From Burkholderiaceae bacterium (GTDB lineage Bacteria > Pseudomonadota > Gammaproteobacteria > Burkholderiales > Burkholderiaceae_C): a stretch of 64,000 nucleotides of DNA. The notes beneath the pieces are model-generated. The model ran no database searches and was not told the origin of the DNA. It saw only the letters and a list, made by a program, of their open reading frames with translations. Shown here piece after piece: positions 10,301 through 19,874 of this stretch. The DNA is taken from NCBI GenBank assembly GCA_032122355.1, contig JAUMCS010000060.1, forward strand, positions 9,312 to 73,311, read 5' to 3'. Position 1 is the stretch's first letter. Each line of letters begins with the position of its first letter. The position numbers and the translations under genes are program-made.

Positions 10301-13068
10301 ACATAGCCGTTTTTGACGTCATCTTCCGCCAAAACCACACGTTTTATTTGCTTTTTCCCCTCATCTCCGATCAACAATTCGGCTGAGTCACCAATGATCT
10401 CAACAGGAGTACTCACTTTAGGTAGAAATACCCGCACAAGTTTCGGGCTCTGCACCTCAACCGAGTTTACCCAGCCATCACTAAAATGCGAGGTTACTTC
10501 CCTAATATCTGGCGGCTGCGGGTTTGTTGTATCTAAATAAAAATCAGCAACTATCTCAGGTAGGGAAGAATTCCCAGCTTGATCAAATATTCTGATGTAA
10601 ATCTTTTTGCTACCGTCCGCACCCAGATCTTTTGGCGGAAGCTCAAAATCTACCACTTTGTTTGTAATATCTTTAGACTCAATAACTTTAATTTTGGGCA
10701 AAGCAAAGGAAAAACCATTAAGCATCAACTCCAGTCTATCCCCTATATTCCATTCATGAACTAAAGCATCGAGTTCAACCCTAAAAGTCTGCAATTTAGC
10801 TACCTGCTCGGCATTCATCCATTTGCCACGAAAAATGGGATCGTTCCTCATTCGGAGTGACTTTGCTGAATCCAGTGTCGGCACCGGCAAAGAACGTGCG
10901 GAAGGAAGATGTTCAACTTGATTCTCATCCGCCTTCAAATTGTTCTTGCTGTCAGGCTGCTTGTTATCAAGTTTGATAATTTTTTTAGACCTAGTTTCTT
11001 CCACACCATACTCTTTTTTAGCCTTCAGAGAGTCACGGGCACCATCTTTAGTACTCTGCTCAGTAACAGTCTGGTTTTCTTGCTGATGCGAAATCTCTGT
11101 TTGTGCAGCCGGAATTTCCAACTCAAGAATAGACAATTTGTTACCTGGCGCCTGCTGATGGGGCTCTATCAAATTCTTTTGATCCACAGAGGCTGTGGTG
11201 CGATTCATAGGAGTTACACTGGCCGACCGTATCTCCACTGGTGCATCTATAACTATCGGATCAGATAATTTTTTTCTTTGTGAATGTGACGTTACATCAT
11301 CTTCTGTACCGTTGACGACTATCTCATTACCGATTACGCTGTTGTTTGCTTGGTCACTCAACTCAGCCTGTAAGACATATCCTCTACTTTCATTCAAATA
11401 TTCTTTTGGAACATAGAGATAGACAAAACCACGGCTTGCATCCTCATTGGTCAATAATTGGTTAATTGGGATTAATTGTTTTTCTTTTATGATCCTTAGC
11501 TCAGCCTTATCCCCTTTATACATTCTTAATGCTTTTGATGGCCACTCGAGCTTAATTCGTTTTTTACCCCCCTCTTCCGCTATTTCAATACCAAGCATGC
11601 CCCCTCGTGGCCCCGATGGTCTTGGGCTTACCAACTTGGGGGATTCCAATCGGTTTGTTTCCGAAATTAAGGAATTTGGGGGAATTTGAGATGTTGCCTC
11701 AGGAACCACTTCAGGAACCACTTCAGGAACCACTTCAGGAACCACTTCAGGAACCACTTCAGGAACCACTTCAGGAACCACTTCAGGAACGACTTCAGGA
11801 ACGACTTCAGGAACGACTTCAGGAACGACTTCAGGAACGACTTCAGGAACGACTTCAGGAACGACTTCAGGAACGACTTCAGGAACGACTTCAGGAACGA
11901 CTTCAGGAACCACTTCAGGAACCACTTCAGGAACCACTTCAGGAACCACTTCAGGAACCACTTCAGGAGCCACTTCAGGAACCACTTCTAACGCAGGTTG
12001 ATCTTGAACACTATTGGGCTCACTAACTTGGCTGGGTGCTTTGGAAATAGGAGTGAGTGCCATCGAATTATCATGCTCACCCAATATCTCAAGAGGCACA
12101 AGTTCAGTAGCCATCGAAACATCGACTGTATCCAGTATGAATCGAATTTCAGCACTCAACTCACTTCGGAAACCGTCTGAAGTTTGAATTCTGGCAGAGA
12201 GTGTTTTTTCACCATCAATACCCAAGTCCATGACGGTCAACTCAAACTCAACCGCAGGCGAAGGCGATTCGAGCAATACCGTTTTGCGGGGATGAAATGG
12301 CAATCCATTGAGGAGTAATTCAACCCAATCACCCGAGTTAAATTTTTTATCCACTCCTTCATAGTTAACTTGGATAAGCCTGTTTCGCTTAATTTCAGCA
12401 AAATCAAGAATACTATCCGACAAATCTTGCGAACCCTTCTCAGAGAGCAACAACCTGGCGAACGTCTCCCGCAACTGCGGTATCTTGCGAACTGGAGGGA
12501 GAGGTTCAACCCGCTCAACCAAGGCAACCTTCTCTTCTGGTGCCTCGTTCGGCTTAGGTGCCGCAGCCTGCGACTTGACGACTTCCACCACAGACGGTTT
12601 TTTGCTGTTTTTATCGACTAATGAGGGCTTGCTTTGAGCCAGGCTGAGCGATGGGGGTGGCAGTTTACCTAAAACCAAACTATAGAGTCTGGACTCAACA
12701 CCAGAGGGCTCAACCCACTCCAACATCAAGTCTAAAAAAGCATCCGTAGCTGCAACCTTGGACTTGATAACGAGCATAATTTTTTTTGCCGACCCCACCT
12801 CGATAGTTACGTCTGCATCTCGCAAAACAGCGGGAAACTCAAGGCCATTGCGCCTGTATCCCTCAGGCGAAGATAACCTCAAACCTTTACTAAGCAAAGC
12901 ACCCGATATTTCATCTGAAATCGGAACTTCAATGCGCAATGAGCCCGCCCCGGTAATCAGAACTTTGGGCTGACCTATTCCAACCGGCCATTGAGCAAAT
13001 GCAGTTCCTACAGCTCCTGCCACAAAACAAGCACGTACTGCTGCTAAAAGTAAATTTTTAGAAAACAT
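7345..13068 (-). CDS. giant secreted protein: FimV-core-like N-domain + (EVVP)n linker + at least ten Ig-like repeat modules
   Basis: The track ORF is 7345..13083 (TTG start). The ATG at 13068 (MFSKNLLLAAVRAC...) matches the paralogue's start. Signal peptide ends ...GTAFA/QW. The N-domain GIGQPKVLITGAGSLRIEVPI...LSSPEGYRRNGL...FLDLMLEWVEPSGVESRLYSLVLG resembles the FimV core domain as I recall it. At least ten modules of about 100 aa share the motif DGW(L/V)N...GD.(V/I)ELLLNG...YV(D/E)F...DG.K.(I/L).A(R/K).(I/T)D(R/K)AGN. Confidence 0.85.
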   Translation of the reverse strand: MFSKNLLLAAVRACFVAGAVGTAFAQWPVGIGQPKVLITGAGSLRIEVPISDEISGALLSKGLRLSSPEGYRRNGLEFPAVLRDADVTIEVGSAKKIMLVIKSKVAATDAFLDLMLEWVEPSGVESRLYSLVLGKLPPPSLSLAQSKPSLVDKNSKKPSVVEVVKSQAAAPKPNEAPEEKVALVERVEPLPPVRKIPQLRETFARLLLSEKGSQDLSDSILDFAEIKRNRLIQVNYEGVDKKFNSGDWVELLLNGLPFHPRKTVLLESPSPAVEFELTVMDLGIDGEKTLSARIQTSDGFRSELSAEIRFILDTVDVSMATELVPLEILGEHDNSMALTPISKAPSQVSEPNSVQDQPALEVVPEVAPEVVPEVVPEVVPEVVPEVVPEVVPEVVPEVVPEVVPEVVPEVVPEVVPEVVPEVVPEVVPEVVPEVVPEVVPEVVPEVVPEVVPEVVPEATSQIPPNSLISETNRLESPKLVSPRPSGPRGGMLGIEIAEEGGKKRIKLEWPSKALRMYKGDKAELRIIKEKQLIPINQLLTNEDASRGFVYLYVPKEYLNESRGYVLQAELSDQANNSVIGNEIVVNGTEDDVTSHSQRKKLSDPIVIDAPVEIRSASVTPMNRTTASVDQKNLIEPHQQAPGNKLSILELEIPAAQTEISHQQENQTVTEQSTKDGARDSLKAKKEYGVEETRSKKIIKLDNKQPDSKNNLKADENQVEHLPSARSLPVPTLDSAKSLRMRNDPIFRGKWMNAEQVAKLQTFRVELDALVHEWNIGDRLELMLNGFSFALPKIKVIESKDITNKVVDFELPPKDLGADGSKKIYIRIFDQAGNSSLPEIVADFYLDTTNPQPPDIREVTSHFSDGWVNSVEVQSPKLVRVFLPKVSTPVEIIGDSAELLIGDEGKKQIKRVVLAEDDVKNGYVDFSIGSKDLGRDGFKTIASRIIDKAGNIGRESRSIEFRLQTNKPIAPSLKESRTGAIVNGYLSAKAAIESFKMRVDLRQISVEIGDEVQLFVNHAGFHQSKKRKIDALDVRNQYVEFQVDPVEWGDDGIKSLSARLIDRAGNVGAFSNEIKFILNRKSPAELKIEQVGGSYLSDGWLNVQEAKSQHKFRISMDRASPELVSGSKVELFINGRLCGVACSKIVNEKDKLSSFVDFSLATSDLGEDGPKEITAKIEDPAGNGNVTRVPMSFFYDSKLPPELQLKQVGAPDLEDGWLNAQEALQSKTLRVVLPKNDDVKVGDQIEMLLNDALLLSKTIEQVDADKEYIDIPLNVTNLGEDGRKILTLRMIDRAGNKGPFGNKITFNLKRKAPVASVSLELMDLPPLSGFMNRDQSSRLKGVKVVLLPGSNEFVPGDQVELLLNGFPFSIPKVKSLSKEEIESKRIQFSLSGADLDADGDKNITARFIDRAGNVGLAYGEFLFKLVRKMPDAPGLIEFGTNHLADGWLNAAELRKTTNIRIELSRLRNVAAESGRIEAWLNGEMLGLSKQMTLNADDLSRGYYDMVLQGAEWGADGPKELKVRLIDKAGNVGKFSDALNFAVSGLVPAMPTLVEKDNSFTADGYVNANEISKGLSIEVVLPDVAKESIQVGDTIELLLNGSSFESHKSKLVDINAQRTGRVEFSLNASELRNDGLKSVTAQVISQSGNKGPKSKPITFEFDTEPPGAALLSQTATLDLADGWLNAQEAQKKQTIRVHLPNMMGATKIQEADRVDLLINGLSYAQSKNVSSLDLTRGFVEFVVDGKDFGFDGEKIITAVITDKAGNVSADRSSIRFTRVTSVPDKPMVKEWGSSDLVDGWMNLAEATTPKTIRVVMGENELSYADRVELLLNGVPFAIEKSKRIEATDVINQYVDFLVSRKDWGIDGDKTLSARVVDHAGNYGVVSDAIRFKLKTSLVNQKNRDEIRGK
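11701..11988 (-). repeat. perfect in-frame 12-bp tandem repeat, 24 units, encoding (EVVP)n inside the giant gene
   Basis: Counted by hand on the + strand. The order is 7x aggaaccacttc, 10x aggaacgacttc, 5x aggaaccacttc, 1x aggagccacttc, 1x aggaaccacttc. The c/g variant is synonymous (GTG vs GTC Val). Confidence 0.95.
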
Positions 13069-13258
13069 GCCTTGAAAGTCCAATCCTCATCGATTCAATC
13101 CTATGAACTTTAAATTTTTAGCAATACTACATTTTTCATAATTGGTGCAGTATATCAAAAAGATAGCGAGGCCTGTTCTCGGATTGACTGAGCCCAAGGA
13201 ATTTCACGACACTTCAATTTAATTACATTGAAACCAGCAAGATCGAACCTTGTTATTT

Positions 13259-14599
13259 TCATTTTAATGGGTCTTCAAGTTCAATGACGCCAATACCATC
13301 TGTAGCTGTATGCTCATCGAAAAATGGTAGCCTTACCGACTCACGAGCCTGCTCACGGAGAGCCTTCAATGTAAATCTTAATTCGGAACTCAAATCACTC
13401 TCAACACCATTTTTAGTTTGAATTTTGGCTGTGAGTGTTTTTTCACCTTCGATACCAAACTCCCCAAGGCGCAATTCAAATTCAACAACCGCAGCGGTTG
13501 ATGTGAGCAAAACCATTTTCCTAGGCTCAAATGGCAATCCATTTAAAAACAACTCCAAAATATCACCTTGGTTAAATTTTTTCTCACCACCTTGATAGAT
13601 AACCTGTATATATTTGACTTCTTGGTCACCCGCAAAATCAAGAAGACCATCAGAAAAAGCATGGCCTCCTTTTTCTGCCAACAAAAGCCTCGGCAGGTGC
13701 TCCTCCACCGCCGAGGGAGCCCTTAGCTCAGCAGCTGTCGGGGCTGCAGCTGTCGTCGGCACCACCTCAACAACAGCAGGCTCAATCTCGAATTGTTCAA
13801 CTGCAATTTGAGACACATGAGCAAGAACCGTGCCATCCTCTACATTCTTATTTTCTTCGGCAAATTGTAACCCTGTCTGCTCGCCCACATGCTCAAGTTC
13901 TTTCACACCTTCTGCTGCCCGCATTTGCACTGGCAAGGGCTCCTCCACTTGCAAGGGAGTAATTGGCTCAGAAACTGCAGGCACCTTGGCCACCGGCACC
14001 ACCGGAACAACTCCCGGCAGGACTTCTACCTGCTGAACTGATACAACCTCATCTTTCGAAACCTGCCGAGTAACCTCAGTCGGCACGGATGCCGCCGACT
14101 GAGACTTGGCGATTGCAGCCAAGGGATGTTTTTTGATGCTTTTCTTGCTTACCAAAGGATTGCTTTGAGCCTGGCCGAGAGCTACAGACGGCAGCTTGCC
14201 TAAAACCAAGCTATAGAGCCTCGTCTCCACACCAGCGGGCTCAACCCACTCCAACATGAGATCCAAAAAAGCTTCTGTCGCCGGAACCTTAGACTTGATG
14301 ACCAACATTATTTTTTTGGAGGCACCGAGCTCAATAGTAACATCAGCATCCCGTAAAACAGCCGGATATTCAAGACCATTCCGCCTATAGGCCTCTGGCG
14401 AGGATAACCTCAAACCTTTACTAAGCAAAGCGCCCGACAATTTATCAGAAATCGGAGTTTCAATGCGCAATGAGCCCGCCTTGGTAACGAGAACTTTGGG
14501 CTGACCTATTCCAGCCGGCCACTGAGCGAATGCCGTCCCCACCGTTCCGATCACATAACAAGCACGCACCGCCGCCAAAAGTAAATTTTTAGAAAACAT
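13259..14599 (-). CDS. secreted FimV-core-like protein with one Ig-like module; short paralogue of the giant protein
   Basis: 446 aa. Its N-terminal 140 aa or so are nearly colinear with the giant protein (MFSKNLLLAAVRACYVIGTVGTAFAQWPAGIGQPKVLV...). A Pro/Val/Ala-rich linker follows, then one module (GDILELFLNGLPFEPRK...EGEKTLTAKIQTKNG) matching the giant protein's first module. Confidence 0.8.
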   Translation of the reverse strand: MFSKNLLLAAVRACYVIGTVGTAFAQWPAGIGQPKVLVTKAGSLRIETPISDKLSGALLSKGLRLSSPEAYRRNGLEYPAVLRDADVTIELGASKKIMLVIKSKVPATEAFLDLMLEWVEPAGVETRLYSLVLGKLPSVALGQAQSNPLVSKKSIKKHPLAAIAKSQSAASVPTEVTRQVSKDEVVSVQQVEVLPGVVPVVPVAKVPAVSEPITPLQVEEPLPVQMRAAEGVKELEHVGEQTGLQFAEENKNVEDGTVLAHVSQIAVEQFEIEPAVVEVVPTTAAAPTAAELRAPSAVEEHLPRLLLAEKGGHAFSDGLLDFAGDQEVKYIQVIYQGGEKKFNQGDILELFLNGLPFEPRKMVLLTSTAAVVEFELRLGEFGIEGEKTLTAKIQTKNGVESDLSSELRFTLKALREQARESVRLPFFDEHTATDGIGVIELEDPLK

Positions 14600-14849
14600 A
14601 CCTTGAAAGTCTAATCGTAAACATTTCCATCGAAATTACCGCAACCGATTCAAAAAAAATGGTTTAAGTAGATTTGCAGGATTGTAACAAAAAAAATGCA
14701 TGACCCCCTGCAACAATAACAATACTAGAATTACTATTCATACCACCAAACCATAGAATAAAATATTACTGACCCGACCATCTTTTAAAGATTGGGTGGA
14801 TTGATATTTTTGCCTGATAATTCCATTTTTACCTTTCTACGGAGTCATT

Positions 14850-15914
14850 ATGCCCTTGGTTTCCATGCGCCAACTTCTTGATCATGCAGCCGAAAACAGC
14901 TACGGCATCCCCGCTTTCAATGTCAATAATCTTGAGCAAGTGCAAGCAGTTATGCAAGCTGCCCACGAAGTACAAGCTCCCGTAATTTTGCAAGCCAGTG
15001 CGGGCGCTCGCAAGTACGCCGGCGAAAGTTTTATCAAGCATCTTATCCAGGCAGCCACGGAGGCCTACCCGCATATACCCTTAGTGATGCATCAAGACCA
15101 CGGCACTTCGCCCGCCATATGCCAAGCTGCCATTGATTTGGGTTTTGGCTCAGTCATGATGGATGGCTCGCTGCGTGAGGATGGAAAAACCCCTTCGTCG
15201 TTTGAGTACAACATTGATGTTACCCGTAAGGTAGTGGAGTTTGCTCATAAGGTCGGTGTGACTGTTGAGGGCGAACTCGGATGCTTAGGCTCACTGGAAA
15301 CCGGTGAAGCCGGAGAAGAAGATGGTGTGGGTGCTGTAGGCAAACTCGATCACAGCGCATTGTTGACCGACCCAGAGGAAGCCGCTGAATTTGTCAAAGC
15401 CACTCAGCTGGACGCATTAGCCATTGCTATCGGCACCAGCCATGGCGCCTACAAATTCAGCCGAAAGCCCACTGGGGATATTTTGGCTATAGCAAGGGTA
15501 AAAGAAATTCATGCCCGAATCCCTAACACCCATTTGGTGATGCATGGCTCGTCTTCCGTACCTGCAGAACTTTTGGCCATCATCAATGAATTCGGGGGCA
15601 AAATGAAAGAAACCTATGGCGTTCCGGTCAGTGAAATTCAGGAAGCTATTCGCTACGGCGTTCGCAAAATCAACATTGACACCGATATTCGCCTAGCCAT
15701 GACGGGTGCAGTACGGAAGTTTTTATTCCAGAACCCCGATAAATTTGATGCCCGCGAATGGCTCAAGCCCGCCCGCGAAGCAGCATACCAGGTGTGTCGT
15801 CAGCGCTACTTAGAGTTTGGTTGTGAGGGCCAGGGCGCCAAAATCAAGCCCATCAGCCTGCACGATATGGCTCACGCATACTCGAATGGCCGCTTAAATC
15901 AAATTGTGCAATAA
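14850..15914 (+). CDS. fba: fructose-1,6-bisphosphate aldolase, class II
   Basis: 354 aa. The N-terminus [30 protein letters not shown] and overall length are typical of class II (FbaA/CbbA-type) aldolases. Confidence 0.9.
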   Translation: MPLVSMRQLLDHAAENSYGIPAFNVNNLEQVQAVMQAAHEVQAPVILQASAGARKYAGESFIKHLIQAATEAYPHIPLVMHQDHGTSPAICQAAIDLGFGSVMMDGSLREDGKTPSSFEYNIDVTRKVVEFAHKVGVTVEGELGCLGSLETGEAGEEDGVGAVGKLDHSALLTDPEEAAEFVKATQLDALAIAIGTSHGAYKFSRKPTGDILAIARVKEIHARIPNTHLVMHGSSSVPAELLAIINEFGGKMKETYGVPVSEIQEAIRYGVRKINIDTDIRLAMTGAVRKFLFQNPDKFDAREWLKPAREAAYQVCRQRYLEFGCEGQGAKIKPISLHDMAHAYSNGRLNQIVQ

Positions 15915-15941
15915 AAAAGAGGTAAACTATCGCTCATGGAC

Positions 15942-16028
15942 GCGCGGGTGGCGAAATTGGTAGACGCACCAGGTTTAGGTCCTGACGCCAGCAATGGTGT
16001 GGGGGTTCGAGTCCCCCCTCGCGCACCA
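15942..16028 (+). tRNA. tRNA-Leu (anticodon TAG)
   Basis: Hand-folded. Acceptor GCGCGGG/CTCGCGC (one G-U pair), anticodon loop TTTAGGT, long variable arm, T-arm GGGGG-TTCGAGT-CCCCC, encoded CCA. Confidence 0.85.
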
Positions 16029-16115
16029 CTTCTTTTTGCTTCCCTCTATTGAAACCGATAGGCCTTTCTACCGTTTAAGGCCGTCGGGTGGGATTGCCTA
16101 CACTGACCAACGTCT

Positions 16116-19040
16116 ATGACCATCGCATCTCAAGCCGCTGGCACTGGCCAGGATTATCGCCACACCCTGAATCTGCCTGATACCCCCTTCCCTATGCGGG
16201 GAGATTTACCCAAGCGCGAGCCAGCTTGGGTTGCTCAGTGGAATGAGCAGGGTCTCTACCATCGACTACGCCAAGCCCGCAAGGGCCAACCTCTGTTTGT
16301 ACTGCACGACGGCCCCCCTTATGCCAATGGCAAGTTGCATATTGGCCACGCCCTAAACAAGGTGCTTAAAGATATGATCATTAAAAGCCGGCAATTGGCA
16401 GGCTTTGATGCGCAGTACATTCCCGGTTGGGATTGCCATGGTTTACCGATTGAAAATGCGATTGAAAAGCTGCATGGCCGACACCTCAGCCGCGAAGTGA
16501 TGCAGGCTAAAAGCCGCGACTTTGCCACTGAACAGATTAACCAGCAACGCGAAGATTTCAAGCGGCTTGGCGTACTAGGTGACTGGGATCGCCCCTACCG
16601 CACGATGGACTTCCAAAATGAAGCCGAACAAATCCGAACTTTTAAACAAGTCATGGAGCGGGGCTTTGTCTATCGCGGCTTAAAACCTGTGTATTGGTGC
16701 TTTGATTGTGCGTCTAGCTTGGCTGAGTTTGAAATTGAATACGCCGACAAACAAAGTGACACATTGGATGTCGCATTTGCTGCTGATAATTTAAGATCAG
16801 TGGCACAAGCGTTTGACTTGAGCGACATACCACCGCATTTGCCCGATGCCAGCGCCACACAAGTGTTTGCCGTAATTTGGACAACCACGGCCTGGACTCT
16901 ACCCGCCAATCAAGCCCTGAACGCCCATCCCGATTTAGAGTATGCATTGGTACGTACCCCCAAGGGATATTTGATTTTGGCCCATGGTTTGGTAGAGAAA
17001 TGCCTCAACCGATATCAACTGACCGGAGAAGTGATCGCCACGACCCAAGGCAAGGCTCTGGAAGGACTGGCATTTAGGCATCCCTTATTCGATTCAGAAC
17101 CAGCCGATTTTGGAAATGCCAACAACCCGTACAGCTATCAGCGCCTTTCACGTATTTTACTGGCCAACTATGTGAGTGATAGCGATGGTACTGGCTTGGT
17201 ACACGCAGCTCCCGCCTATGGTGTGGAGGATTTTCAGTCATGTATGGCCCACGGGATGAGTTACCCCGAGATTTTGAATCCGGTACAAGGCAATGGGGTG
17301 TATTGCCCTGAGTTGCCTCTGTTTGGAAATCAACACATCTGGAAAGCGGTTCCCTTAATTTTGTCAGCCCTACAACAGTGTGAGCGGCTGCTGGCCACAG
17401 AAAAAATCACTCATAGTTACCCGCATTGCTGGCGCCACAAAACACCGGTGATTTATCGTGCAGCGCCTCAGTGGTTTATCCGCATGGATGAGGGCTCTGG
17501 TGTTTTTGAAAACACCACCATCAAACCCAAGAAAACCTTACGGCAAATGGCCCTGGATGCCATTGATTCGACACAGTTCTATCCTGAAAATGGCCGGTCA
17601 CGATTACGCGATATGATCGCCAATCGCCCCGATTGGTGCATTTCAAGGCAGCGTAGCTGGGGGGTGCCTATACCGTTTTTTATACATCGCGATAGCGGTG
17701 AGCTTCACCCTCGTACACTTGAGATTTGCGATCAGGCCGCTGCCATTGTCGAAGAAGGCGGAATTGAGGCATGGAGCCGCGTCACCGCGGAGGCCATTTT
17801 GGGTACCGAAGATGCGGTTTTTTATTCAAAAAGCACGGATATTCTGGAGGTATGGTTTGATTCGGGTTCAACCTTCCGGCATGTACTGCGAGGCAGCCAC
17901 GCCAAGGCCTACGATCGGCCGCCCTATCATGAACAAGGGCCTGAGGCAGATTTATATCTGGAAGGACATGATCAGCATCGAGGTTGGTTCCATAGCTCAT
18001 TATTGCTGGGTTGCGCGCTAGAAGGGCGGGCTCCTTATCGCGGCCTACTCACCCACGGTTTTGCCACCGATGGTCAAGGCCGCAAGATGAGTAAATCGAT
18101 GGGTAACACCGTAGAGCCACAATCAGTGACCCAAAAATTAGGGGCTGAAATTGTTCGGCTTTGGGTGGCATCGACGGATTATTCGGGCGATTTGAATATT
18201 GATGACAAAATCCTCGCCCGTGTCGTGGATGCTTATCGGCGTATTCGCAATACCTTGCGCTTTTTATTAGCGAACATCAGTGACTTCAATCTTGAGCAGG
18301 ATGCGATTGCTATCAGCGATTTGCTCGAAATTGATCGATATGCCCTAGCCCGCACTGCTGAATTACAAGGTGAACTTCTCAAACATTTTGAGCAATACGA
18401 ATTTCACCCGGTGGTGAGTAAGTTGCAAATTTTCTGCTCAGAAGATTTGGGGGCATTTTATTTGGACGCACTCAAAGATCGTCTCTACACCACCGCACCA
18501 CGTTCATTGGCACGCCGCAGTGCCCAAACCGCACTGTGGCATATTACCCAAGCCATGCTGCGCTGGATGGCACCAATTTTGTCCTTCACCGCAGAGGAAG
18601 CTTGGCAAACCTTGGGCTTGTCACCGTCTATTTTTCTGGAAACTTTTACACCTCTACCCGCCGCTGACAAGGCACTGCTTGAGCCATGGGCTCGTTTACG
18701 CGAAATTCGTGAGTTCGCAAACAAAGAAATCGAAAGTGTGCGTTCGCAAGGGCAGTTGGGCTCTTCCCTACAAGCGCGCCTATTGATCACAGCAGCCCCA
18801 GATGATTTCGCTTTATTACAGCGCTTAGGCAAGGACCTAAAGTTTGTTTTCATCACTTCTGTTGTCACCCTAACCGCAGGGGATGAATTGAGCGTACAAG
18901 TGGAAGTGAGTCAAGCCAGCAAATGCGAACGCTGCTGGCATTACAGTGAAAATGTGGGACAAGACCCGCAGCATCCGAGCTTGTGTGGGCGCTGCATGAG
19001 CAATTTATTCGGTGAAGGCGAAACGCGAACTTTTGCCTGA
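16116..19040 (+). CDS. ileS: isoleucyl-tRNA synthetase
   Basis: 974 aa. HIGH motif ([10 protein letters not shown]), KMSKS motif, C-terminal Zn-finger cysteines, followed by lspA as in many bacteria. Confidence 0.95.
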   Translation: MTIASQAAGTGQDYRHTLNLPDTPFPMRGDLPKREPAWVAQWNEQGLYHRLRQARKGQPLFVLHDGPPYANGKLHIGHALNKVLKDMIIKSRQLAGFDAQYIPGWDCHGLPIENAIEKLHGRHLSREVMQAKSRDFATEQINQQREDFKRLGVLGDWDRPYRTMDFQNEAEQIRTFKQVMERGFVYRGLKPVYWCFDCASSLAEFEIEYADKQSDTLDVAFAADNLRSVAQAFDLSDIPPHLPDASATQVFAVIWTTTAWTLPANQALNAHPDLEYALVRTPKGYLILAHGLVEKCLNRYQLTGEVIATTQGKALEGLAFRHPLFDSEPADFGNANNPYSYQRLSRILLANYVSDSDGTGLVHAAPAYGVEDFQSCMAHGMSYPEILNPVQGNGVYCPELPLFGNQHIWKAVPLILSALQQCERLLATEKITHSYPHCWRHKTPVIYRAAPQWFIRMDEGSGVFENTTIKPKKTLRQMALDAIDSTQFYPENGRSRLRDMIANRPDWCISRQRSWGVPIPFFIHRDSGELHPRTLEICDQAAAIVEEGGIEAWSRVTAEAILGTEDAVFYSKSTDILEVWFDSGSTFRHVLRGSHAKAYDRPPYHEQGPEADLYLEGHDQHRGWFHSSLLLGCALEGRAPYRGLLTHGFATDGQGRKMSKSMGNTVEPQSVTQKLGAEIVRLWVASTDYSGDLNIDDKILARVVDAYRRIRNTLRFLLANISDFNLEQDAIAISDLLEIDRYALARTAELQGELLKHFEQYEFHPVVSKLQIFCSEDLGAFYLDALKDRLYTTAPRSLARRSAQTALWHITQAMLRWMAPILSFTAEEAWQTLGLSPSIFLETFTPLPAADKALLEPWARLREIREFANKEIESVRSQGQLGSSLQARLLITAAPDDFALLQRLGKDLKFVFITSVVTLTAGDELSVQVEVSQASKCERCWHYSENVGQDPQHPSLCGRCMSNLFGEGETRTFA

Positions 19041-19066
19041 TTTTCAATCCTTCTAATGAACACATC

Positions 19067-19543
19067 ATGCTGATTTTTAAAAAATGGGGATGGTGGTTGA
19101 CCATCGTTTGCTTGGTTATTTTTCTTGATCAATGGTCCAAAAACTGGATTGTTCATCATTTTGCATGGGGTCATTCTGAACACATAACTTCTTTCTTTAA
19201 TTTGGTTCGGGTGCACAACCCAGGTGCTGCATTTTCTTTCCTAGCGCAGGGATCTGGCTGGCAACGCTGGTTTTTTACCGTTTTGGCAAGTGTGATGTGC
19301 GTTTTTATGCTTTGGCTTATTCATCGCCATCCCGAAAAAAAGCTGTTATGCGGGGCACTGAGCTTTATTATTGGGGGTGCGTTAGGCAACGTGATTGACC
19401 GTATTCAGTATGGTTACGTCGTGGATATGCTGGATTTTCATGCGCTGGGTTGGCACTTTCCGGCCTTCAATTTGGCTGATAGCGCCATTACCCTGGGTGC
19501 CATTTTGCTAATCTTAGAGGAATTTAGAAATCACAAGCCATGA
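19067..19543 (+). CDS. lspA: lipoprotein signal peptidase (signal peptidase II)
   Basis: 158-aa polytopic protein with conserved NxGAAF (VHNPGAAFSF) and NVIDR motifs, directly downstream of ileS. Confidence 0.9.
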   Translation: MLIFKKWGWWLTIVCLVIFLDQWSKNWIVHHFAWGHSEHITSFFNLVRVHNPGAAFSFLAQGSGWQRWFFTVLASVMCVFMLWLIHRHPEKKLLCGALSFIIGGALGNVIDRIQYGYVVDMLDFHALGWHFPAFNLADSAITLGAILLILEEFRNHKP

Positions 19544-19872
19544 ATGATTATTTCAAGTACCATGTTTTTTTCTGCCTGAATCAACGTGACAACGGGCAAG
19601 CTTGTTGCGCCGCCCAAGGGGCAGAAGCCGCATTCGATTACTGTAAGGCCAAAGTCAAGGAATTGGGCGTGGCAGGCGTGGGTCAGGTGCGTATCAACCG
19701 CGCTGGTTGCCTAGACCGCTGTGCAGGTGGGCCAGTGATGGTGGTGTACCCACAGGGCATTTGGTATACGTTCGTGGACCAAACGGATATTGATGAAATT
19801 ATCGAGGAACACCTCATTCATGACCGACCTGTACACCGCCTGATGTTAGATTCAACAGTTGGACATGGATAA
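19540..19872 (+). CDS. thioredoxin-like [2Fe-2S] ferredoxin-domain protein
   Basis: 110 aa. The Cys pattern (FFCLNQRDNGQACC ... GCLDRCAGGPV) is typical of this small ferredoxin family. Confidence 0.6.
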   Translation: MNDYFKYHVFFCLNQRDNGQACCAAQGAEAAFDYCKAKVKELGVAGVGQVRINRAGCLDRCAGGPVMVVYPQGIWYTFVDQTDIDEIIEEHLIHDRPVHRLMLDSTVGHG

Positions 19873-19874
19873 AC

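Noticed and set aside
11607-12026. ORFs with QEPL/QERL and FRNH/FRND repeats on the + strand
   Set aside because: They are antisense or off-frame translations of the 12-bp tandem repeat inside the giant minus-strand gene. They have no independent coding evidence.
1-14849. AT-rich block as a prophage or conjugative element
   Set aside because: No integrase, phage structural, relaxase or T4SS genes are visible. The content is a secretion or pilus-like machine plus adhesin-like proteins. The left boundary is not in the window, so a larger mobile context cannot be excluded.
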